This document shows positions 26,001 to 37,900 of a DNA stretch of 64,000 bases, piece by piece. Position numbers and translations under genes: made by a program. A model generated the notes under the pieces. The model saw nothing but the letters and a program-made list of their open reading frames with translations, ran no database searches and had not been told where the DNA came from. Each line of letters starts with the position of its first letter. The first letter of the stretch is position 1. This DNA comes from Chrysomallon squamiferum (Eukaryota; Animalia; Mollusca): positions 11,222,001-11,286,000 of the forward strand of contig CM022665.1 of the NCBI GenBank assembly GCA_012295275.1, read 5' to 3'.

Positions 26001-29000
26001 ATTAATTAGCATTCATTAATTATATTCTAATATTCATTCATTAACTTCATTGCAGTATATTTTCATTTTTCCCCAACCTTCATTAACTTTTTAAAAATTC
26101 TATTATTTACTCATTTTATTCCATTATTTATTAATTTTATTCCACTATTCATTCATTTTTCACTTCCTACTCCATTCATTCCATTCTTATCTTTGACTGC
26201 ACTTTGTTACTGGCAGGTAAAAGATATGAACCAGAACCATACGTTCCTCCTCTAACAATCCAGTCTCCTGCTCCTCCACCACAGTCTCCTACCAAGCCCA
26301 AGAAAGAAAAAGATAAAGGCAAAGGATTAATGACCCCTGATCCTCCAGAAATTGTGAGCGTAATCATATTTCTCTTATATGTGTCAGAACTTGATCCATC
26401 GTTGCCTTAATTTAGACTATTGATTGACTGTTAATTATATAGTAAACAAATCTACAGAAATGTTGGAGATACATGCTTTTCATGAAATATTGTTAAAAAA
26501 ACACTGTATTCTGACTAGATTTATTATTGTATCCTAATTCAAAGCAGCATTAAACAAAACTGTAGTGGTTGGTAGCAGTTTTGAAGATGTTGTAAAAGAA
26601 AATATATAATGGAGCATTATATTTAGAATGCTAGATTAAGTAAAGAGAATGTACTCAGTAATGTATGTTTATGAATAAAATAATTACCTTGCTCCTACCT
26701 TATAATAAAAATATTATTCTGAATTCAGATGTTATATTGTTCAAATAAAAAAGAAATTCTGCTTTATTCAAAACCAGAGTACTAAACAAATAAAAATCTG
26801 GTGAATTCAGACATATTACAGAATTGAAAAAAAGAGACTGTACTGAATTTAGATAAATGTATATATTAGTGAACAAAAACAACATTTTGCTCGATTCAGA
26901 TACACAGTAGCTGAACAATCACAAAATTCTGCTGAATTCATGTCTATGTTTACATTACTGAACAAATGACAACAACCAAAAACTATGCTAAAACAGAAAA
27001 AAAAAAGAACAAAAAAAAACCCCGGTAATAAACAACAACACATTCTGGCAAATTCAGAAATATTTAATGAAAATAATTGTTTAACAGGTGGAAGAGGACA
27101 CACCAGATGATGAAAAGGCTGAAGAGGAAAATGTTCCAGAGCAGCCCTTCCAGCAGCTCTTTGTGTCATGTCCAGATGGCCTCAATGTTCGATACTATTT
27201 GGAGAGCTCTGTTGGTATGGTTCATTTGTGTCTGATTTTTACTACACTGAATTTTAGTGAATTTTATAATACACAACTTTATCCATCTACTTGATATTAT
27301 TGTTTAATCATTTTTATTTTGTTTTGTTTTAAAAGGTGTTAAACCAAATTCTCCAGAAGACCGGCGTATTGTTGTCAAGCAGAGCTATCCTTTCAAGACC
27401 AGGTTTACCCAGCCCTGTGAGGCCTCAAGGAAAAAAATTGCCTTGTCTGAGAACAGTCGTTTGATTACATCAGATGGGACAGTGATCAAAGATATGGTGG
27501 ATGGCAGTGTTGAGGTATGTTAGAATGATGTCAGTAATCCAAATAATTTTCCTAAAATAAAATCCTTTTGAATTTGTTATGTGCTGCACTGACTATGGAA
27601 GGATTTATGTAAAACAAAAATGAACATGCAGACAGATGTAGGAAAAATAATTAGATAAACAGACACTCAGTGTACAGAATGTGGACAGATAAATTAATAT
27701 AAGGATGGTTAGATAAATCTTTTACAGTAGCTGAAAGTGTGTTAGTACTTTATTTATTTATTTATTTATTTACAATATTAATATATTTTAAAGTGTCTGG
27801 TTTGAAAATAAATAGTACAGAATTGTTTGTACAAAGGTAAATTGAAAATTGTTTCATCAGTATTTAAAATTTTCATTTTACAGGTATTGTATGCTGATGG
27901 TACAATAACCACTCACACAGGAGCCTGGCCTATATCAACCAGTCGCAGCACCACCCCACAAAGAATTACCAGCAGCCGCAGCAATGAAGAAAGAATTACA
28001 CCAAGTAAGAAAGGTAGGAACATGATGCAGAAAATTATTGTCATTTCTTTAATATAATTATCCATTATTTTATAATCCTGTATAACTTCTCAATACCAGA
28101 CTCTTGCCAAACCAGAATTGTGTGTCAAATGTGAAATTTAAAACTTCAGTAAATCAAACTGCTGCAAACTTCATTTTTTACTTGTTCCTGGCAGCTGTTC
28201 AGATTTAAGAAATTTCATCATAAATGAGACAGTCCAGCATATGTAATTACCGTAACTGGTGTCTTTATGAAATTGATATTTCATTGTTTGTTGGTTTTGA
28301 CATCTTTAAACACTTTCATAGGAAAAGGTGCCAAGGCCAATACGAACAAGCAGTCAGTGGAAAAAAATGAAACTTCACCCACAGAGGAAAATGACAAAGG
28401 AACCTGGACAACAACATATCCAAATGGAGAGAGAAGACAAGTGTTTTCAGATGGGACAGTGAAGGAGCTGGAGCAAGTGATGATCTGTGTAGCTTCTGAC
28501 CCAGAAACCAGACAGGTATGATACAGTTTAACTTTTATATTACAGAATTAATTTGATTATATATTGAAAAACATTGGTATTGAATATTGTAAATTGTCTC
28601 ACAAGTCCTTGCTTTCTCTTCTATGGGTAGGTGAATCTAAAAGATGTTATCTTGCTAATATGTAAGAGTAGTTCATAGAGAGGTAGCAGTGGATTTCCTC
28701 TTTTGTGTCATCATTATATCTGTTATAAAATAATAATGATGATACATGATGAAAACAAGGAGAGAATGACCATGATTAGTCTCTTAATTATGAAGATCAA
28801 GGCATATCTTGTATGGACCTTCCCATACACAGAAAATTGCATTGATAAAGCAATTACTAGACATTAGCTGGAACTGGACATATCTCAGACAGGGTTGATT
28901 TAGCAATTCACATTGTAAACTATCATAGATGTAAAGAAAGATCTTAAAGAAACCTGTTCATTTTCACCATTAACACAATTTTATCCTGCCTAGCTATTAA

Positions 29001-29367
29001 ATCTTTATTCATCAACTAGACACCAAAATCTTTCATGTGGAAATTTTCAAAAAATAAATTTTAATATTTTCAGTTATGAAATCAGTTCTTCTTGAAAATA
29101 TCACTATCTGTGTATGATATATATTTTTTTTCACTGTATAATTCCATACTCCTTCAATAAATAAAATTAATTTTGTAGTCAATGTCCACCAGAGATGACC
29201 ATGTGATCACAGTGAGCTATCCAGATGGCACAACTGTTGTTGAGCACAGTGATGGAACTCGAATCACAACATACTACAGAGAAAATCAGATCCCTGTAGA
29301 CACTGACGAGATTGATGAATCAGGTACATTGATTTTGTTTCATATATATATATGAAATAATAAAGGT

Positions 29368-29399
<32 letters not shown>

Positions 29400-32300
29400 T
29401 ATGACACCCAATAGCATTTTATAAAAAACAATATATATATATATATATGTTGGGATGTAATTAAACATTCACTCATTATTTTATTATGAGGAAAGTCTTT
29501 TTTGATTTCATATAAAAATCTTTGCTGTTATAGTGTTAACATTTAAAACTGGAAAAATTAATTTAATGTCAGTTTTATGTAAGTTATATTTATGATATGA
29601 CAAAGAGGCATTTTGCTTCTTTATCTTACAGTTTCTTTAAAAATAAATAAGTTCATACACATTTATATATAAATATCTACTTGTATCCTACATAGTGCAC
29701 TGCATCATGTGAACTAAACACTTTATAACTAATGTACTGGATCATTATTACTCTTTAATGAGAACACCATTTCAGGAATACTAAAAATAGTCAATATAAA
29801 TGTTAGAAAAAAACTATAAACCAATAAATGTCTGTATGTGATATTTCATCTTTATTACAATTATTGTGTCTAGCAATAAATATAATGTTTCATCATCTAA
29901 ATGATATATTGACTGCATCCTTCAGAATTTTTGTGAATTTTATAATGTAATATTTGTAGCCTGAGAAATATCTTTTTCATGTGTTAAATATATACTGATG
30001 TTTTGTTTTTTAATTATTTTATATTGTTTTTCAAGGTGAAATTCCACATTTCATGCGAAATCTTGTGAAGTTTATAAAGATTGAATGTCCAGGTACCGCT
30101 ACTGTGGAGTTCAACTGCAGCACTAGTGAAAACTTGACACTTTTTGGCACTGGAACCTCAATCAACGTGTTCCCCGATGGCTTCTACGTTGTTCAACACT
30201 GTGAGGGAGGACGTATTGAGATTGACACAGAAGGAACATTTGTCTACTTCCCTCGCCCTATCAGAAACATGGAGAAAATACTACCAGCTAAGGAACTGCA
30301 GTACATCCTGCGACACAACTCTGAAACGATTTGTGAACTCGTGGATCCTGAGGGCAACGAATTCAACATCAAGTATAATGGTGATGTTTTCATCAACATG
30401 CACGACGGAGATGAAATGATTTCCGAAGAAAGTCTTGATGATTTCAAACATGAGAAGACTGTCTCGCAGTACATGCAGCATGCTCCACGCTTTTTCATCA
30501 TCCACGCTGATGGAAGCGGCACAGAACTTCTTCGCTACCAGGACATTGCTGAGTACCTCATGACAGCTGAACAGAGCCAGTCCACAGCTGTCCTCAAAGA
30601 TCTTTTACCTGACTATCCCGGTGTTACAGGAATCACCATCCTGAAACCATACACTGGTGGTCCATCAGAGCGTTGGTTGAGAAAGTATGATCTGGAGTCC
30701 ATAATTCCTCGAGGCATTCAGCGAAGAGACCTCACCACTCTGCCACCAAAAGAGATCAAGATTCCTGGCCCTGAGTTTGGAACTAATGTGGGCAAAGGTC
30801 TGGCCATTGGATCACTTGTTACTAAGCAAGAGCGGTTCCCAATTGTTAAGTGTCCTAGTATTTTGGAACTGCGACAGTTTGTACAGTATAAACCGGTGAC
30901 AGCTGGACTAAGAGCAACGTGAGTTAAAAAACAAACATTAATAAATATTAAGTTTTTAAGAAACCATTAATGAGAACCTGATATTTAAATCCATGTTTTT
31001 GAAGAAATTAAAAACAAAAAAAATAATAATAATACAAATTCTTTTTTGATTTATCAAACTGTAATATAAGTTTTTGAAGAAATAATTTAAACAAAATTTT
31101 GTTATTTTATCCAGTATTTTAAAGAAATTATTGAAAGAAATATGTATTTATCAAACTTGTTTCTCTTTATGTTTTTTCTTTTCATTTTCCAAAGACATTA
31201 TCTAAAAAGAAAATATTTCATTACGTGATCAAACTATCTCTATTTCATTAAAGACAGTTGTTAAAAATTAACAGAGAATTTTCATTTTTTCTTACTATGT
31301 TGCAGACTGCGCAGTGGTTTGCGTGAATATGCAGAGTATGTGATGACCCGGAACAGAGCAGCAGAAATGATGCAGTGTACTGACCCTCGAACTGAAGAAG
31401 AAAAACTAATTGCTGCTGATTTGCAGAATATAATGTCTCCAAAGCAAGGAGACTCCTTGCAGTTTGTGCCAGGTATGTTTCTATGCTGTACAGAAACTTT
31501 TGTGATTATGTTTTGAGATTCCTTGCAGTTTTTGTCAGATAAGGTTCTGTACAGCACAGAAACTGTTGTTAAATCTTGTAATAACATTTGCTTTATTATG
31601 CTTTAAGATGTAACAACAATACAGTGCAGTTCATTACTTTTAGTATTTAAGAAAAAAAACATTTTTTCTTGGTAAGGAATTTGTTGTAGTTATTGTGAAC
31701 ATTATACAAGAACAAGCTAGATTTGTTAATAAAATTCCGAAAAGGATGGTAACAGATTTCTGTCTGATAATGAATATTTTAATATTTTTTGGATATATTC
31801 ATATTCTCCAGGTATTCTGAACTTATTATTTTTTTTTTTTCTTTTTTATTTTATTATTTTTATTATTATTAACCTAACTGTTCTACAGCTGACATTAAAG
31901 AGATATATGAAGCAGCCACAGCACCTCCTTATCCAAGCCCACCCCCTACCCCTACAGCCAAGAGAGGCCGAGCAGACTGGGAGCGAGACCAAAGAGAAAT
32001 GGCAGAAGAGATGAGAGGAAGAGATACTCTTCGCCAGAGAAACATACCACAGTATTTTGAAAGTGAACTTGGAAAGGCTTTCCTTCTCTCCCAGGTAATT
32101 AATTCACAGAGCATTGGGTTACCAAGACATCAATCCTTCTTTAGAGATCTTCTTGCTGGATAATAAACTGTTACATATAATTATGTCCAATTAAAGATCA
32201 ACTAATTATGAATTTTTATCCACTTCAATCATTTGTGCCTCCAGTGTTTTGAAATAGTTCCGTTATTAACATTGTATTTCATAACTTTAGGTTTAAGGAG

Positions 32301-34871
32301 GTTTTTTTGCTATAAAAGATTTTTCATTCATTTCATCAAAATAAATGTGAATTATCTACTGGTATTCCAGGCTAATGATGTTGATCGTATGATGATTGAG
32401 TTGTCTGAGGATCCAAGAAGAGATGGATCAGAGGCCATTAGAAGAGAACCTAACAGTCTGGCCTATCTAGAGAGTCCTCTACAGAAACAAGTTGTTCTTT
32501 GTATGTATCCCTGTTTTCTTTCTAGTTTGTCTTATTGTTTGCTTTTCACTTCTTAATATTTTTCTCTGTTAATTTATATATTCTTTCTTTCTCCACAGAA
32601 AGGATATTTTTCAGTATGTTGATTTTACTTCATTATTATTTTTTTTTTTTCAATACTGAAATGTTACTTCTCTGCTATTTGGATTTTACTGAATATTTTT
32701 TCTACACTGATTCAAATGTCTTTCTACACTGAATTGAACTAAAGCTGAATTATTATACACTTAAATGGTTCCTTCTTTAGTTTCTTTTTCCATATGGAAA
32801 TGTTTCTCCTTCTGTTCTGAAATTTTTTCTTTCTATATCAAAATGTTTCTCTTTCAACATTAAGATGTTTCTTTTTCTACATTAAAATATTTCTTTGAAC
32901 TAAGATGTTTGTCTTTCTTCACAGAAACATTTCTTTTATTTCTGTTTATGCTGTCAGCTGATTTTTGTCTGTCATTAAGTGTTTCCCTTTCTTTTACTCT
33001 GCAATAGTTCTTTTTCTAAACTAAATTTTTCTGTTCTACACTGAATTTTTTTCTATGCTGAAATGTGTATTGCTTTTTATTGTTAAAGTTAAAAAAAAAA
33101 AAAAAAATACTTAAAAATAAAAATTATAATAATAATAAAAAAATAAAGATGTTTTTATGGATATCAAAATGCAGTAGAATACCTCTTTTTCAAATGAATA
33201 CCATGCAGCAACTGATACATATTTGAAACAAGCAGCTTTGATGTTATATATCATAAATACTGTGCAAAACTAGACACAGTGGCAGTTATATTTTATTTCA
33301 TATAAATGAACTGATGTGAAAACTTACAGATCAGCCAGTTTATTCAGAACAGAGTGATCGATCATCTGCTTCTGATTCTCCTGCTAGAAGTGGAAACGCT
33401 AAACTTCCATCTGAAACTCCAGTGTCCTACACAGGTAATAAGTGACCACCTGTTCATCATTTATCATTTTGTTCAGCTGATGATGATGAAGCCATTTTTC
33501 ATTTTCACATTTAACATTTTCACCAAATGAATAGGATTTTATTGTTTCACTGTTTGTTGAATGCTTCCTTTCCAAACTGAAATGTTTCTCTTTCTATGCT
33601 AAAATGTTTCTCCTTCTTCACTGAAATGTTTTTCTTTCTAAACTGAAATGTTTCTTTCTGTACTAAAATATTTCTTTTCTTGTATTGAAATGTTTCTTAT
33701 TGTGTGCTAAAATGTATTTCATTGTTTACTAAATGTTTCTCTTTCAAAAGAGAAATGTTTCTTTCTTCCTTAAACATTTCTCATTCATAACTGAAATACC
33801 TTTCTTTACTGAAATGTTTCTCTTTTTATACTGAAATCTTTCTCTTACTTTTTTTTTCCGTTGGATTCCTTTTAAACAAAGGAATTGTAAAAAATGTTGT
33901 TTTCTTATTTTAATAAATTAAAATTATTGTGGGTTCACAGTTAATAAATAATTTGAAAAATGGTGTGGTGACTTTCTAACACAATTCATAGTTAAATACA
34001 GGTGCAAGAATGTTACGATATAGCAGACCACTTTTATTTTAGCATTAAAACAACAAAAACAATTACCATTCTCATTGAATATTTACAATGATTATTATTT
34101 TTAAATTTATTTTTGTTTTAAATTTTTGTTCTTATCCTGTTATGATTAGAATAATCAGTCAAAATGTGCTAGATTTACCTGCTGTTTTCCAGGTAATGTT
34201 AAACAGACTGTGTTACTTTCTTTGAAAATATTGTTGTTTTTATTTATTATGTAGTTACTGTTGTGACCTCTACACCAAATAATAATCTATTAAAAATTAA
34301 CTTTGTGCTAGTATGAACATTTTTTTTTTTTTTCAGTTTATTTGTTACAAACTTATTATTGATCCTTAATTAATTGTTTGTTTTGCACTTTGTATTTCAG
34401 TTTTTCTATTTATTTAGTTTTTAAATTTTTTTTTATTATTAGTAGTATTTTATTATTATTATTGTTGTTGTTGTTATTATTTTAAATCTTTCTTTTTGTT
34501 ATGTTTAATTTAATTTTTTACCTTCCCTTCTTTTTCTAAAGCTGGATTGTTTAATGATACACCTTCTGGTCTTCGTCCATGCAACCCCACCCCAGCCCAT
34601 GCTGCAGGTCAGGGTTCCCCTGCCCCTCTCAGACCAAAGAACCCAACCCCAGGTCATGCAACAAAGCTGATGGAAAAAGATAGACCAGGTTGGCATCTTC
34701 ATTATTAATTCTGTGAGATTTCATCAAAGATTGCTTGATTTCTAATAAATCAAAAAGACAATTACCCACCTTTAAATTTAGTTGTGGGTAGGTGGATGTA
34801 AAACATTACTTGCTGCTAAGTGCCCTGTCATAGTGGCAGTGGGTTTATTTTTCTTCACCGTCTTATTTTAT

Positions 34872-34905
<34 letters not shown>

Positions 34906-37900
34906 TAATCATGACAATATTTTAGAGAGGTTGCTGTGTCTAATATTAAAAAAATAAAAATAAAAATAAAAATAAATTAAGAAAAAATTAAGCTGATTTT
35001 GATATCATGCAATGTGGAGTATTTACCAGTTGCAGATACTGAAGGAAAACCAAATTTAAAAACTGCATAATAATAGTTTACTTGTTAAATAATAACACGT
35101 ATTTTCTTTAACATGCTTTTTGGTTTTATATCAAAAAATTAATTTGTGTCTAATTTAGTTGGATAAATTTATTTCTTTTTCAGTAAGTGTTTTCATATAC
35201 AGATTCTTGTATTACAATTTGAAAGTGTTTCAGTTATGCCTTCTTTAATATATTTGATTTTTAAATTATTTGGCTTTATGCTATAGATTCATGCATATAT
35301 AACAATTTTTATTATTCATGCATACATTAGAAATTTAAATTGTTTAAATAGATAATTATTTTGTTTCTGCAGTTAATCCGACACCCAAACTGGCAGGTGG
35401 AAAAGATGCCTCTTCTGCAGAATCAGAATATCAGAAGAATGGCTATCCATTAATACCAGAACAACCAACAGAAGAAGAACCTAAAAGTGGAGGTTTGCAT
35501 TTCACACACAAAAATGTTTAACTTTCTGTAACAGCTCAAGTATGATGAATGAATGAATAAATGTTAACATATTTTAATATAATGGATTATAGGAATCTGA
35601 CATAAAAAAAATTATTCCCCTATATAGGGATTTGTATCTATCTGTTCTTACAACAAACAAAAAAATGACAAAATGACAAATGCTGTCTTACAGTTCTGAG
35701 CTACAGTACAAGCAAAATAGACAATGCTGAGTAATATTTCATAAACAAACCAAGAAACAGAAGTAAATTCAAAGATGCATCTGTTCTGATTTAAACCCAG
35801 TAGGTCTGAATATATACATGAAAACATATATCACAGTCAGATATGAAGCACTGGCTAGAATGGGTTATAGTAGTGCACTAAGAATGATTGACTTGAAATA
35901 TAAGAGACCATGCAGATATTGATATAGTTTTGGTTTTCTTGCATGTGTTTGTGATTGTGTGTGTATATATATATATATATATTTAAATGCACATATCACT
36001 TAAGCATAGAACCTCAGCATACAGTCTTGTGTACCTAACAGCATCATACAGAATCAATTAAAAAAATGATTTTATTTCATGTGGTGAAGCTGTTTTTCAT
36101 TCGGTGACAATTCATAATTAGAAGGTATAAAATAAAGACACCAATTTTAAACAGCTTGTAATACAAGTCTAAAAATCATAAATATCCATCATGATTACTT
36201 TATTAAGATAACTGTTTTATATATATATATTTGCTGCCAGTACTTAATATTAGATTAAAGCTTGTGGCTGTTTCATGCAGTTAATTCTAATTGGTAATAT
36301 TAAAATTAAAAACTGAAGTTCATTGTTTTCAGGATATCTGCCACTGCAAGCAGAAGGTGACCTTCAGAACCGCAGTCTACTTGTGAATGTTATTGGAATA
36401 CCCAGGAATGAACCTGTCCTACTTCCCACTTCAATTATGGGAGGAAAACCAGGAGCAATCCCCAACAACAGAGTAAACAGAGCACTTCAGTGTTCACATT
36501 TTTATAATGTTATAAGTAGTTTTAAAAATAGTGTATTTATTATATAATTTTTTACATAATTCAGAATAAATTAACAGAAATACCGATTTTCCAAATTGTT
36601 ATTAATTTCTTAGCAACTGTAAACACAGTTACTAAGATTATATATTTATTTATTTATTTATTATTTTGTTGTTGTTTTTTCGGTTTGTGTTAATTTTTGT
36701 TTTGCTTTGTCTTTTTCATTTTCAGTTAGTCCTAAAAGATACTTAAAATCATCCTTGGTATATTAATATAAAATCATATTTATTTTTATTTTAATAATTC
36801 AGTATATGGCAGTGGAAGAAAAACCTTAATAAACAGAATAACATAAAATAAAATCAATGTTTTTTATTCATTCTATCTTGTAACCACAAAATCCTATTTA
36901 TTATTTATTTTCACTATTCAGTAACAAGGGAAACAAACCCTTAATAAACATATCTCTATAACAGGATCACACAGATCAAATATAAAACTGATTTTATATT
37001 TTCACTATTCAGTACAAAGCAGTAGAGGAGCCAGTCCGTCGCCAACTAAAGAACTCACTGATTGGTGGAGCCACAGTGAAAGGTCAGATACAGCTGAATC
37101 AGATGCAAGGTCTCATAGTGATGCCTGAAGAGGTCAACTTTGGGGTACTCAGAGAAGGCAGCACATACTCAGTGTCTGTGTATTTAAAGAATACTGGAAT
37201 AGACTCATGCAGGTTCAAAATCAAACAGCCACCACCTGCCACTGGATTAAGAGTCATCTACAAACCAGGACCAGTAAGTCATGACAGAAGCAAATTTTAC
37301 CTATCTGTGGGAAGGTGGACGTAAAACATTACTTTGCTGCTAAGTGATAAATGTCGCCCTTTCATAATGGCAGTGGGTTCACTCTTCTTCACTGTCATAT
37401 TTTATATCAAAAATAAAAATAATAGTAATAATAAATAAAAATAAATAATAAATTAATATAAAAGATCCATTTCTACTAATTGCTTGTATTCACTAAACCA
37501 GCATAAATCTCTCATTTTTCTTCTTCAAAATTGGAAGCCTAGCATAAATATGTTGTATCAGATAAAAGTACAGTCCAAATTAATTCTTTATTTTATAAGA
37601 ACATGTTGGTTTTGAACAGGTCCCTGCAGGCTTGGCGACTGATCTCAATCTTGAGTTGTATGCCATTGCTGTTGGTGTAGAGGGAGAGTCTGGAATTGGC
37701 AGAATCAACCATGAACTGATCATTGTCACAGAAACCGATATTCTCCGACTTCCAGTAACTGCAAATATCCTTCCACTGGTTTAGACAGAAATGTTTATTG
37801 AACTAAAACAGTATTCTAAGTTACTCAGAACTGATGACCTCTGTAATAGTTTACTGGATCACAGCATAAAATGTGCAATCATTATTATACTCAGATTTAT

